The translations under genes were made by a program, and so were the position numbers. Shown piece by piece: positions 47,902 to 58,067 of a DNA stretch of 64,000 nucleotides; positions within the stretch are counted from its first letter, which is position 1; each line of letters opens with the position of its first letter. Below the pieces are notes generated by a model. It was not told the DNA's origin. It saw nothing but the letters and a program-made list of their open reading frames with translations, and ran no database searches. Origin of the DNA: a virus. The stretch is from positions 32,001-96,000 of the IMG/VR virus record IMGVR_UViG_3300021963_004241, one strand, 5' to 3'.

Positions 47902-47992
47902 ACTATAACAACTGTTAAGAAGCTTGTCAACCTATTTTGGCATTCTTCCTAACCATTGCAAAAATTATAATGTAACTTTATTTAGTTGTCAA
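47902..47992 (-). promoter_or_regulatory. tandem sigma70-type promoters
   Basis: TTGACA-N17-TATAGT (47902-47930) and TTGACA-N17-TATAAT (47964-47992). Confidence 0.8.
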
Positions 47993-48074
47993 TCTAAAAA
48001 GTACACTATAATGTGGTATTTTTACAACATTCTAAATATTGTACACAGTTATTTATGTTCTGTAAATACACTGG

Positions 48075-49049
48075 ATGATGAATTACGAAAAAATTTCTTG
48101 GCAGTCTATAAAATCGTTTGGTCAACAAACAATGTTAGATCGTCCACTGTTCAACATAAGTTGGATACTGGGCAGGTTCTGCAATTACAAATGTAGCTAC
48201 TGTTGGCCCTACGCCAGAAGCGATCAACAAGACTACCAATCACTTGATGTGTATAAGAATACAATTGATCAAATTAAAAGTCAAGCCCGTTCGAACGGAT
48301 TCACAGAGTTCCATTGGAGCTTCAGCGGCGGCGAGCCAACTGCTTATAAACATCTAAATGACTTAGTCAAGTATTTGGACGAGAAGGAAAGTTCCTATCA
48401 AAGTGTGCATATGACTACTAATCTTAGTCCGGGAAGCAAATGGTGGAACACCTGGTGTAGTAATACTTGTTTATTACAAAGAAGAAGCATCACAGCCAGC
48501 TTTCACGAGGAGTTTGCCAAAGAGCAAGAGTTTGGAGACAAGTGTTTGCAACTAATGTATGAGCGTGTGCATGTAACTATCAATCAAGTAATGGTGCCTG
48601 ATCGATTCTATGAGCTGTATGAACGCTGCGATCGATTCCACAGGAAAGGTATCAACGTCACATTGAAACCCCAAAGTGATCCTACTGCTAGCCGTGTAGT
48701 AGAAGGGTACACTGACGAAATGATAAAGATTATGCAAACAGGATTTCCCCAAAGATCTGAAGATGAAAATGTATATCAAATCCGTTTAAACAACGGAACA
48801 ACAGATTATTACTTTGATCAAGCAGAAAGATTTAATGCTTTTGGATTTAATAAATTTAAAAATTGGACCTGCAACAGCGGGTATCAAAGTCTAGTGATCA
48901 GAGGAAATGAAGTAAAACGTGCTTACAGTTGCAAAGAAGAACCCTTAGGAACTTTGGAGGATTTCCAAATTTTTAAAGAACCTAAGGTCTGTGTAACAGA
49001 AACTTGTGTAAGTTCAGCAGACAGTAAAATACCAAAAAGAATACAATGA
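48075..49049 (+). CDS. radical SAM protein
   Basis: CNYKCSYC, FSGGEP, C-terminal Cys cluster. Confidence 0.9.
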   Translation: MMNYEKISWQSIKSFGQQTMLDRPLFNISWILGRFCNYKCSYCWPYARSDQQDYQSLDVYKNTIDQIKSQARSNGFTEFHWSFSGGEPTAYKHLNDLVKYLDEKESSYQSVHMTTNLSPGSKWWNTWCSNTCLLQRRSITASFHEEFAKEQEFGDKCLQLMYERVHVTINQVMVPDRFYELYERCDRFHRKGINVTLKPQSDPTASRVVEGYTDEMIKIMQTGFPQRSEDENVYQIRLNNGTTDYYFDQAERFNAFGFNKFKNWTCNSGYQSLVIRGNEVKRAYSCKEEPLGTLEDFQIFKEPKVCVTETCVSSADSKIPKRIQ

Positions 49050-49723
49050 TTTGGAATCAATACTTTAAATTAGATGAGCAGGGCAATCGCTGTATGGCCC
49101 AGCAGACCTATGAACCGTTAGTTAGCGAGGATGGCAAAACTTTTTGTAAAAACTACGATCAGGATAACGAATACCAAAAATTAACAGGATACCCGAGACC
49201 TTTGTATACTAGAGAAGTAGTTGATTGGTTTTTTAATAACGAAATCAAATGGTTAGAATTTTTTAAAAATAAACCATATGCTCCAGAAGTTGTTGACATA
49301 GATTTAAAAAATAAAAAGATCTACATCAAATGGTATAACGAAACCTGTAATCAAATTATGTATGGTGGGAAGTTTTGGCCTAAAGATATTTGGAAACAAC
49401 AGATAAAAGACATAATTAAAGATCAATACCGAGATGGTGTATACAAACTCACGATGTATCCGCACTGCCATTACATCGATGATCAAAATAACATGAGGGC
49501 GATTGATTGGTACGGATGTGTTCCTGTATCAGACCCTTTTGTAGAAGCTGTTTACATGGACGGAATCATACACGAGACAGCTAAATTTAGATTAGACGAA
49601 ACAGGAGATCAGATCGACCATAGATACAATCTTGAAATCATGTTCAAGAATAGTTTAAGATCTCACGTCCTCTGGGGAGAAGAAAACATGAGTTTCATTT
49701 ATAAGGATCTCTTCAATGCCTAA
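49046..49723 (+). CDS. kinase-like-fold protein (paralogue of 53376-54071)
   Basis: WFFNNEIKWL..APEVVDID...YKLTMYPHC..RAIDWY; fold is inference. Confidence 0.5.
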   Translation: MIWNQYFKLDEQGNRCMAQQTYEPLVSEDGKTFCKNYDQDNEYQKLTGYPRPLYTREVVDWFFNNEIKWLEFFKNKPYAPEVVDIDLKNKKIYIKWYNETCNQIMYGGKFWPKDIWKQQIKDIIKDQYRDGVYKLTMYPHCHYIDDQNNMRAIDWYGCVPVSDPFVEAVYMDGIIHETAKFRLDETGDQIDHRYNLEIMFKNSLRSHVLWGEENMSFIYKDLFNA

Positions 49724-50291
49724 GTATGTAGGTTCCACTGAAAATTTAATAGACTGGGGAAGCATTGTAAAAATATGCAAGTCCAGGAATGATGGTGACT
49801 TTAATTCTGTAACCACAGTAGTTGATAGATCTGAATCTAGCTGGCAGGAGGATCAGGATCTGTTAGGGTCTTATAGAGAAGTTATAAAAATTTGGACCGA
49901 TGCTGGATATGCCTTAGAAAAAATACAGTGGTACGATTACTATCCAGGAACTCATTTTGATATAGAGGTACAAAATAAATTTGCAGATCTAGTCAATGCA
50001 GATCCAAGAAGGGTATTTGTTAGCGAACTATGGCCAGGCCGATGTGTTCCATACCACTGGGATGTAGAAGACAAAGAGAAAGAATGGTTAGCCGAAGGCG
50101 ATCTAGTTCGTTACGTTTGCTTTATGGAGAAGCCTCAATTTGGTCATGTGTTGATAATTGAAAATGATATTTTTTATAATACCAAACAACACGATGTATG
50201 GGAATGGGACAACTATAGGAATTGGCATGCTGGAACTAATTGTGGTTCAGAGCCCTATTACCTATTTCATTTTTTAGGAAAACCTAGATGA
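49716..50291 (+). CDS. 2OG-Fe(II) oxygenase (Asp/Asn beta-hydroxylase-like)
   Basis: PYHWD (HxD) ... WHAGTN. Confidence 0.7.
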   Translation: MPKYVGSTENLIDWGSIVKICKSRNDGDFNSVTTVVDRSESSWQEDQDLLGSYREVIKIWTDAGYALEKIQWYDYYPGTHFDIEVQNKFADLVNADPRRVFVSELWPGRCVPYHWDVEDKEKEWLAEGDLVRYVCFMEKPQFGHVLIIENDIFYNTKQHDVWEWDNYRNWHAGTNCGSEPYYLFHFLGKPR

Positions 50292-50833
50292 TAGAATACA
50301 TAGGAAACTGTTCTCAGATAATAGATTGGGATGAAATAATAAAACAGTGTGCATCGACTGCTCCGGAATACATAGGACCTAGTCATAAGAAAAGTGATGA
50401 CATTCCTGGTCTTAAAGAAGTCTCGGACTTATGGGACCATGCCGGATACAAAAATCTAAATGAAGGCGGCACCGTTGGATGGAGTATGTATCTTCCAGGT
50501 AAGCAATTTGATTCTTCAGTGATTGATAAGTTTTGTGGATTTTACAATATTGAAACTTATCGCACTGCCTGGATCAGTAGGATAGATGTTGGACACTTTG
50601 CTCCTATACATTGGGATGTAAACGATCAGGAAGAACAATTATCTAAGTTACCTCCTATGGTCCGATATCATTGTCATATATCAAAACCAAAGTTCGGACA
50701 CGTTTTTATAGTAGAAGATCAATGCTTCTATAACAAAGCGCAAGGCGATACATTTAAATGGGCAGATAGGAGATACTGGCACGCCGGATCTAACTGCGGA
50801 CTAGAACCTAAATATATTTTGAATTTGTGGTGA
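50288..50833 (+). CDS. 2OG-Fe(II) oxygenase (paralogue of previous)
   Basis: PIHWD ... WHAGSN. Confidence 0.7.
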   Translation: MIEYIGNCSQIIDWDEIIKQCASTAPEYIGPSHKKSDDIPGLKEVSDLWDHAGYKNLNEGGTVGWSMYLPGKQFDSSVIDKFCGFYNIETYRTAWISRIDVGHFAPIHWDVNDQEEQLSKLPPMVRYHCHISKPKFGHVFIVEDQCFYNKAQGDTFKWADRRYWHAGSNCGLEPKYILNLW

Positions 50834-50836
50834 TGT

Positions 50837-51292
50837 ATGTTTAAAGTTTGTATTACAGGTACAACTAGAGGACTTGGTAAATTTTTAAAAGAATATTTTA
50901 CCAAGAAGGGATATTTTGTTATTGGATTAAATCGAGGTGATGATATCGTTACTTCGGCAGTAGGTTGTAATTTGTTTATTAATAATGCTTACGGCGGAAA
51001 ATTGCAAATAGATCTTTTTAATGAATTACACTCTAGAATTAAAAATATAGTAGTAATGGGTAGCGTAGCCGCAGACTATCCCGATCCTAGTATGCCTGAA
51101 TATAGTCAGAATAAAAAAGAATTAAAACAACGTGTATTAGAAGTAGCGAATACAAGTGACAGAAATATATTGTTATTAGAACTAACAGGTGCAAGTTATA
51201 ATGATCCAGAAACAATAGGTAAAGTTATTGATTTTTGGCTTGCTAATCCAACAGTAACTTGTGTATCGTTTATTCACGGAGAAAAGAATTGA
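50837..51292 (+). CDS. short-chain dehydrogenase-like protein
   Basis: ITGTTRGLG, FINNA, YSQNK (YxxxK). Confidence 0.75.
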   Translation: MFKVCITGTTRGLGKFLKEYFTKKGYFVIGLNRGDDIVTSAVGCNLFINNAYGGKLQIDLFNELHSRIKNIVVMGSVAADYPDPSMPEYSQNKKELKQRVLEVANTSDRNILLLELTGASYNDPETIGKVIDFWLANPTVTCVSFIHGEKN

Positions 51293-51885
51293 GTAAGAGG
51301 ATAGTTATAACTGGTCACACCAGCGGCATTGGCAAATCTATATATGATGCTCTCAAGCAAGATAGCTGTAGAGAAATTGTAGGGTTGTCTCGCAGTAATG
51401 GATACGACATTGATAAAGATTTTGATCGAGTGGTCGAAGAAGCGTCTGGTTGTGAGTTGTTTATTAACAATGCCTACAGGGACGGACAGCAGTTAAAGTT
51501 GCTACAAGCACTAAAGAATAAAGTTGATTCTATGGTAGTTATGGGCAGTGTCAGTAGATTTTATCCAGAAATTATACCTACGCAATATGTGAAAGACAAG
51601 CAAGAGTTAGCAGAAGAATGTAGATTGATAAGTTTAGATCCAAACGGAATACCTATACTGCATTTAGATCTTAGTTTTATCGAAGGCACAACAGTTGACA
51701 ATGATCCTGCTGCGTTTGTTAGTGATTATACCACTAGCCACGACGATATAATAGAGTCGATTGTGTTCTGGACTAGACATCCCGTTGTAAGACAAATGGA
51801 ATTTAGATGGAAGCTGACTCCTTATCTAAGGGAGCAGCTATACAGGATTAATCCAAATTTAGATCCATCTAGGATAACGATTTAA
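51289..51885 (+). CDS. short-chain dehydrogenase-like protein
   Basis: ITGHTSGIG, FINNA, YVKDK; TTG start overlapping the upstream stop. Confidence 0.75.
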   Translation: MSKRIVITGHTSGIGKSIYDALKQDSCREIVGLSRSNGYDIDKDFDRVVEEASGCELFINNAYRDGQQLKLLQALKNKVDSMVVMGSVSRFYPEIIPTQYVKDKQELAEECRLISLDPNGIPILHLDLSFIEGTTVDNDPAAFVSDYTTSHDDIIESIVFWTRHPVVRQMEFRWKLTPYLREQLYRINPNLDPSRITI

Positions 51886-52413
51886 ATTTTCATAGAACTT
51901 ATCAACTTTTATTTTCCAAACAGTTTGATCAGTTCCTCTATAAAATACATCTTTAACTTTTTCAACGATTCCTAGTTTTTCAAGAGTAGGGAAGTAAGTT
52001 CTGTGTACAAATCTTTGGCTAGCAACAATACTTTCATTAGAGGTTGCATAGATATTATCTCCAGCCCACTCAATGCAAGCAGGTAGGAAGAATTGATCGG
52101 TGATGTTTTGATGTTGACCTATTGCCACTCGAGCAGTCATCATTCCACCGTTTGATCTAGCACCTGTTAGTACACAGCATCTCGCCAACACTCTGTAACT
52201 ACCCGTACCCATTACATCATCAAAAGTGTGAGAGACTACACTACCCACTGCTTGATCATTTTCGTAGAGTATCCAAGCTTTCCAATCTCTCTCGTTTTTA
52301 AAACAGTCTATCATTCTTTGTTGATTACTGTTATTGTAAAAACCTTTTTGGTCAGCTTTATTATAAAAGTCAGTTAGATCTAGATCAGAGGTCCATTCTA
52401 ATAACTTGTACAT
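51859..52413 (-). CDS. hypothetical protein, possibly GNAT-fold
   Basis: Start MYKLLEW; WILY...VG...YRVLAR pattern; fold uncertain. Confidence 0.5.
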   Translation of the reverse strand: MYKLLEWTSDLDLTDFYNKADQKGFYNNSNQQRMIDCFKNERDWKAWILYENDQAVGSVVSHTFDDVMGTGSYRVLARCCVLTGARSNGGMMTARVAIGQHQNITDQFFLPACIEWAGDNIYATSNESIVASQRFVHRTYFPTLEKLGIVEKVKDVFYRGTDQTVWKIKVDKFYENLNRYPRWI

Positions 52414-53374
52414 TGGTAACATCTTCCTTGGATCTATTAAAATATTTGGTTCCGCACATATCACATTCTGCAATGGCACAAAATTTACTTAAATGAAATT
52501 TCATCACATCGCCGTCTGTGCAGTTTTCTAAATCTAGATAATTGTAATCGAGATACTTTTTCCAGTCCGGATCATCTAGACTATTATGAAATTCTAACAA
52601 TCTTTTTAGTGTGCCAAGTGCAGCACATTTATATATTTTCTTGTCTATTAGAAAACTGCACATAGGACTACTACATCCTTGCTTATACGAAAGATGTGGT
52701 AGTCCTGTTTGAAATGGTTTAGGTTTACCATCTTTCATATAATGATTCTTTTTAAATTCTCCTTGCGGTCTAAAGTGTACAAATATTTCGTTGTCGTGAT
52801 AGTAAAGATCGTTGGGTTGTTCTCCCTGGCTGTAATCTTTATTAATATCAATCCACTTAGCAAAGAACGGATCGTTTCTAGGATTGTCTAATTTCATAAA
52901 GTCGTACAAGAATTTGTTAGCATCACCGGGTTTCAGACCTAACTGATTTACTAATTCGTCAACGCTGTTTGATATTTTCTCTGACATCGATGCATCAAAT
53001 GATGAAAAATGATTGCACACAAATAGACTGCATTTATGTTTTCTTAGTAATTCAGAAACTTCATTTATTCTTTTAGACAATAATGTTCCGTTTGTAGAGA
53101 ACTGTATTGGAGTATCCGGATCAAGAGACCTTATGTATGAAAGGATAGCATCTATTTTATCAAGGTAATACAAGGGTTCGCCACCAATCATGCTGTAAAG
53201 TTCGATTTCAAACTTTTCTCTTGCTAATCGAATCCCCTCGAATATAGTTTCAAGGTCAGGATCGTTAGTTGTATCTCTGATAGTATCACTACGAGTGTCA
53301 CATTGGTTGCAAAACAAATTACATCTTGCACCGTAGTAGATGTCTAACATTTTTAAATATGGTTTGAATATCAT
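52385..53374 (-). CDS. radical SAM protein
   Basis: CNLFCNQC, IGGEP, STNG, YKC...ECDMC. Confidence 0.88.
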   Translation of the reverse strand: MIFKPYLKMLDIYYGARCNLFCNQCDTRSDTIRDTTNDPDLETIFEGIRLAREKFEIELYSMIGGEPLYYLDKIDAILSYIRSLDPDTPIQFSTNGTLLSKRINEVSELLRKHKCSLFVCNHFSSFDASMSEKISNSVDELVNQLGLKPGDANKFLYDFMKLDNPRNDPFFAKWIDINKDYSQGEQPNDLYYHDNEIFVHFRPQGEFKKNHYMKDGKPKPFQTGLPHLSYKQGCSSPMCSFLIDKKIYKCAALGTLKRLLEFHNSLDDPDWKKYLDYNYLDLENCTDGDVMKFHLSKFCAIAECDMCGTKYFNRSKEDVTNVQVIRMDL

Positions 53375-53375
53375 T

Positions 53376-54071
53376 TTATTTGTATATGTTTTTGGCTTGT
53401 TCCATTAAATCGTCTGGAAAATTATTTTTAAAACTATCAAATGCCAGCATCTGTAAATCAATAAACGGAACAGGGCTATCGACTGACAGTCCTAGTTTAT
53501 CTATTTTTAAATAGAGATCCTTTTGTCTATCTTCACTGATGTGGCTCAACACACTGTTAATCGTGATCGGAGCTTCGTGATCTTTGTAACAAAAGAAATA
53601 ATTGATGCTTTTTAATTTTCCATTAATTACAAAGTAACTACTAGGGTGTAGACTATACTTATAGATTCCTAATTGTCTATGTGCTCTAAATATGTCAAGC
53701 ATCTGTTCTTTCCAATCAGGAAGAACGCTGTCATAATTTTGTTCTACAGTCCCTGCCTGTTGCCAAAAATCATAACCGTCGATTTCTAGATAGATTTTTC
53801 TTTTGTCTAGATCTATATTAAGTATCTTTGGTACCAAGTCCGGAAACGAATTACGCATCTGTGTAATATAATTTACTTCACGCAACCATTTTTCTTCCAT
53901 TAAAGAAGAATCTACGACTTGATTTTGTCCTCGATGATATTCAGTATCGTTATGATACCATTGGCAAAATGTTTTACGGTCTTTGCTTATAAGGCTTGTG
54001 TAGATTAAATTATTTCGGCAAAGGCCTTTGCCAGGAACATCATTGTAGTAATATTCGTAATCCGTATTCAT
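53376..54071 (-). CDS. kinase-like-fold protein (paralogue of 49046-49723)
   Basis: KWLREVNY..VPKILNID...YKYSLHPSS..LKSINY. Confidence 0.5.
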   Translation of the reverse strand: MNTDYEYYYNDVPGKGLCRNNLIYTSLISKDRKTFCQWYHNDTEYHRGQNQVVDSSLMEEKWLREVNYITQMRNSFPDLVPKILNIDLDKRKIYLEIDGYDFWQQAGTVEQNYDSVLPDWKEQMLDIFRAHRQLGIYKYSLHPSSYFVINGKLKSINYFFCYKDHEAPITINSVLSHISEDRQKDLYLKIDKLGLSVDSPVPFIDLQMLAFDSFKNNFPDDLMEQAKNIYK

Positions 54072-54098
54072 GCAAATACTTATCAGCTAAGTATTGCT

Positions 54099-54914
54099 AT
54101 GATTAGAGGTATTGGCGGTAAGCCCTACATTAACTTAGATCCGTTTTTGGATGTAAAAGGATTTATAGATCTACACGCTGAGATCTGTAAAGGTTTTGCT
54201 TTGGCTAGAGATTATGCCAAGGAAGGAACTTGGATGGCACCTGGCTTTGATCAAAGCAGAGGTAGTTATGTTATCGATTGGAAACCAATCTACAAAGCGT
54301 TTGAAGAATATCAGAAACTACCCGATGATCATCCTATTAAGGTGCAGGGAAAAGAAATCTATCCTACAGACTTTAAAGATTATAAACAGCGCAATTTATT
54401 CACACGTTATCTTAAGAGTGTGTTGGGTGCTAATGATCCTTACGTATATTATTTCCTATGGAATGAAGGCGACTGGAATGAACGCAATGCTGAACGTCAG
54501 CTAACAGAAGAAAGTCGATTCTTTCCGGGCGTAGTAAGTTGGGTAAAAAGTTTGCAGGCACACGGTGTGATAGATCGTATTGGACGTGTGATATTCTTTC
54601 ATTGCGACCATAACGGTAAGGCTTTTGAGCACAGAGACTTAGATGCTAAGAATGGTGTGTTTGAAAACGACTACTATACTCCTCATAACAATGAGTTTAT
54701 ACACATACGTTATCGTACCAAACGTGGGTTCTATATTTGGGATCCAGACACACAAGACAAACACTATGTAAACTCACATGCCGCTTTCTGGAACGACCAA
54801 GATTGGCACGGTGGAGAACACAGTTTAGAACAAGAATACGGACTAAGAATAGATTGTAAGTTTAGTAAAGAATTTAGAAAAATTATAAACATAGATCATT
54901 TGGATTTTTATTAA
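54099..54914 (+). CDS. putative 2OG-Fe(II)/cupin oxygenase
   Basis: FEHRD ... WHGG...LRID. Confidence 0.55.
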   Translation: MIRGIGGKPYINLDPFLDVKGFIDLHAEICKGFALARDYAKEGTWMAPGFDQSRGSYVIDWKPIYKAFEEYQKLPDDHPIKVQGKEIYPTDFKDYKQRNLFTRYLKSVLGANDPYVYYFLWNEGDWNERNAERQLTEESRFFPGVVSWVKSLQAHGVIDRIGRVIFFHCDHNGKAFEHRDLDAKNGVFENDYYTPHNNEFIHIRYRTKRGFYIWDPDTQDKHYVNSHAAFWNDQDWHGGEHSLEQEYGLRIDCKFSKEFRKIINIDHLDFY

Positions 54915-56062
54915 TGACTTCCAAGTATTGTCCTTTGCCCTTTAGGGAAGTAGTTCTATTCAACGGTGACATTTTACAGCCCTGTTGTCAAAATCACGCT
55001 TATAAAGTTTTTATAAAAGATTCCTTCGATCAGTCTTTTAACACAGGAGTGTTAGAACAGTTCAGGAATCAATTGTTGTCCGGCCAACCTGTTAAAGGCT
55101 GCGACCAATGTTATAACGAAGAAGCTGCCGGTGTAGAATCTATGAGGCAAAGAAGTATTAACCGATACGGATATGTTGATAATGTTGAGATCCACGCAAT
55201 TCAAATGCAGTTTGATAACTTGTGTAATTTAAAATGTAGAATGTGTGCATCTACTAATAGTCATATGTTGTATGAAGATGAAATAGAAGTATTAGGTAAG
55301 ACAATCAATCCTAAAAAGTTTATCTTAACAACAAGACATAATGAAATAGATAAGACACATTTAAAAGAAATTAAATTTTGGGGCGGTGAACCGTTAATAA
55401 GTCCTAGAGCTCAAGAATTTTTTAAAGACTTTACGACCTCCGGAGAAATATCTCAAGTTGTAATCTCTACATACACTAACGGAATGGTCACACCTTCAGG
55501 ATACATTTTAGAAGCGTTTGAAAAATGTAGGTATCTTGATTTGTTTGTTAGCATAGATGCATACGGCGGATTGAATGAATACATTAGAGGAAAGTCAAAC
55601 TTTGATGATATTGTTAACACACTAAATTTCTTGCGGTCTTTAATGAAATCAAGACCTCCCGAAAGTACTTTTATCGGCGTGTCGACTCTTGTGAATATAT
55701 ACAATGTTAATAAGTTACAAGACTTAGATTCATTTATTAAGAAAGAATTTCCTGAGTTTGGGTTAGAGAAGAAATTTTTATTCTATCCGGAATTTTTAAG
55801 AATAAGTTCTTTGCCCGCCGAGTATAAAAATAAAATAAGATCTTCAGTTGAACCATATCCGGAAGTTCTTAAATTTTTAAACAACGAAGATACTGAGTAC
55901 TTCGATGAATTTATTTTTTATAGTAATTCAATTGATAAGCTAAGACAAGAATTTTTAAAAGAAGTAAACCCGGAGTTGTATGATTTTATGAAATCTTACA
56001 AATCAAAGAAGCAAGTTAAACAAATAGATTTACAAAAATTATATCCACAGATAGATTTATGA
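54914..56062 (+). CDS. radical SAM protein with N-terminal twitch/SPASM-like Cys domain
   Basis: CPLPF..PCC..CDQC then CNLKCRMC, WGGEP. Confidence 0.88.
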   Translation: MTSKYCPLPFREVVLFNGDILQPCCQNHAYKVFIKDSFDQSFNTGVLEQFRNQLLSGQPVKGCDQCYNEEAAGVESMRQRSINRYGYVDNVEIHAIQMQFDNLCNLKCRMCASTNSHMLYEDEIEVLGKTINPKKFILTTRHNEIDKTHLKEIKFWGGEPLISPRAQEFFKDFTTSGEISQVVISTYTNGMVTPSGYILEAFEKCRYLDLFVSIDAYGGLNEYIRGKSNFDDIVNTLNFLRSLMKSRPPESTFIGVSTLVNIYNVNKLQDLDSFIKKEFPEFGLEKKFLFYPEFLRISSLPAEYKNKIRSSVEPYPEVLKFLNNEDTEYFDEFIFYSNSIDKLRQEFLKEVNPELYDFMKSYKSKKQVKQIDLQKLYPQIDL

Positions 56063-56658
56063 ACAAAATAGTATATTCAGAAATGCCTTTAGTTGCCGTC
56101 TACGAAGATGTTGTTGATCACGAATACTGTGATTATATCATTGACAAGTTTAATAAAGACGGAATGAATCCTAGAGCAGGGTGGGAATCCTATCAGCAGT
56201 CAGACGGACAAGTACACGAAGGAATTGAACAACGTAACATAAGTTGGGATACGCCACAAGAAATCAGAGAACACTTTTGGGCCATAATAACCCAAGTCAC
56301 AGGAGTACCTCGAAGTCATATTGAAGCTGGAGACATTTATAGATACGATCAAGGTCAGTTTTTTGATCTACACGTAGATTTTCCTTTAGAACCAAGGAAG
56401 ATCAAATATTATGAAAAGGGCGGAGATCGAAAGCATACTGCTATATTCTATTTGAATGATGATTATGAAGGTGGAGAACTTAGTTTTCCTGTATTAGGTT
56501 TTTCGATAAAGCCTAAAAAAGGTTCAATGGCTTGGCTAGAATATGACTATCCAGATGAATCAATTAATCAGTCTGGCGTACACGAGTCAACAGTAATAAC
56601 CAAAGGCGAGAAATGGATCTGTGCTACGTTTATAGCAAACGGACCTAGGGTGATCTAA
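56059..56658 (+). CDS. 2OG-Fe(II) oxygenase (prolyl 4-hydroxylase-like)
   Basis: LHVD, YLNDDYEGGEL.F, HES..ITKGEKW. Confidence 0.85.
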   Translation: MNKIVYSEMPLVAVYEDVVDHEYCDYIIDKFNKDGMNPRAGWESYQQSDGQVHEGIEQRNISWDTPQEIREHFWAIITQVTGVPRSHIEAGDIYRYDQGQFFDLHVDFPLEPRKIKYYEKGGDRKHTAIFYLNDDYEGGELSFPVLGFSIKPKKGSMAWLEYDYPDESINQSGVHESTVITKGEKWICATFIANGPRVI

Positions 56659-58067
56659 TGGAAGAATTTTGGATTAAACCTCAAGATACTGAGCTAGGCC
56701 ATTGGCAAAATAAAATAGCATCGATGACCGGCAGCAATACTTTTTGTGCATTGCCCTGGATACACTTTGCAACTAGACCAAATGGCGACATGAGATTATG
56801 TTGTTCGTCAAATGCCTCTGGTGCTGGCGAAGATCATATAGTAGGATTAGTAAAAAACGAAACAGGACGACCTGCTAACTTCGGTAGAGAAACTCCTATG
56901 AGCGCCTGGAATAACGAATACATGCGTTCGGTTAGAACAACGATGCTGCGCAATGAAATTCCTGCTAGCTGTCGTAAATGTTTTGAAGAAGAAAGCAAAG
57001 GAATAGCCAGCAAGCGCATTTGGGAAACAGCATCCTGGTCTTTGGACGGAATCGATTTAGAGGAGTTAGTAGAACAGACTGCTCAAGATGGCACTGTGCC
57101 GGAGAAGTTAGTCTATCTAGATCTTAGATTAGGCCATACCTGTAACTTAAAATGTGTTATGTGCAGTCCACACGATTCGAGTTTGTGGGTAGCAGATCAT
57201 AAAAAAGTCTATCCGTTATTCAAACACGATGCATTGAAGAGTCAAATGAGTTGGGACCAAAAGGAGTTCAACAATTATTGGCACGAAAATCCAGACTTCT
57301 GGAAAGAAATGTATAAACAGATTCCTAATCTAAAACAAGTTTACTTTGCAGGCGGGGAACCTTTACTAATAAAAGAACACAAAAAGTTTTTAGAAGAAAT
57401 AATCAGTCAAGGATATGCGGATAAGATCCTAATCAGATACAACACAAACGGATTATTAGTAAATGAAGAGATCATTGATCTATGGACAAAATTTAAAAAA
57501 GTTAAAGTAGGATTTAGCATAGATGCTTATGGTGATAAAAATTATTACATAAGATATCCTAGCGATTGGTCAGTTATCGAAAAGAACTTGCACAGGTTAG
57601 ATAACACCCCAGACAATATACAAGTCAGTATAGCCACAGCTATACAGATACTAAACATCAAACATCTGCCAGACTTTGCTCGATGGAAGATAAAACAGAA
57701 CTTTAAAAAGATAAATTTTGAAAATGTCACGGGCGGAATACAAGCAGGTGGCGGTATCTTTAATATGCATCTGCTTTACATACCTACATTTTTAGATATT
57801 AGATGTTTACCGCAAGAAGATAAAGCAGAAGTAAGAAAATCATTTGCAGAATTTGCAACCTGGTTACACGAAAATTACAGACAGGATGAAGACTTTTGGA
57901 AAAAGAATCCTTATGGTTGGCGCCGCTGGCAAGCTGTACTAGAATTTATGGATTCGGCAGACAACAGTCATTTGTTACCAGCATTAAAAGAATATCTCGC
58001 AGAGTTAGATAAAGTAAGAAATACAAAGTTTTCTACTTTCTTCCCAGAATTAAAATTCATAGAATAA
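56658..58067 (+). CDS. radical SAM protein with N-terminal twitch/SPASM-like Cys domain
   Basis: CALPW..LCC..CRKC then CNLKCVMC, AGGEP, NTNG. Confidence 0.9.
   Translation: MEEFWIKPQDTELGHWQNKIASMTGSNTFCALPWIHFATRPNGDMRLCCSSNASGAGEDHIVGLVKNETGRPANFGRETPMSAWNNEYMRSVRTTMLRNEIPASCRKCFEEESKGIASKRIWETASWSLDGIDLEELVEQTAQDGTVPEKLVYLDLRLGHTCNLKCVMCSPHDSSLWVADHKKVYPLFKHDALKSQMSWDQKEFNNYWHENPDFWKEMYKQIPNLKQVYFAGGEPLLIKEHKKFLEEIISQGYADKILIRYNTNGLLVNEEIIDLWTKFKKVKVGFSIDAYGDKNYYIRYPSDWSVIEKNLHRLDNTPDNIQVSIATAIQILNIKHLPDFARWKIKQNFKKINFENVTGGIQAGGGIFNMHLLYIPTFLDIRCLPQEDKAEVRKSFAEFATWLHENYRQDEDFWKKNPYGWRRWQAVLEFMDSADNSHLLPALKEYLAELDKVRNTKFSTFFPELKFIE

Noticed and set aside
47705-47908. Plus-strand 67-aa ORF over the attenuator
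   Set aside because: TTG start with no RBS; promoters, RBS and terminator polarity all support the minus-strand 47-aa leader instead.
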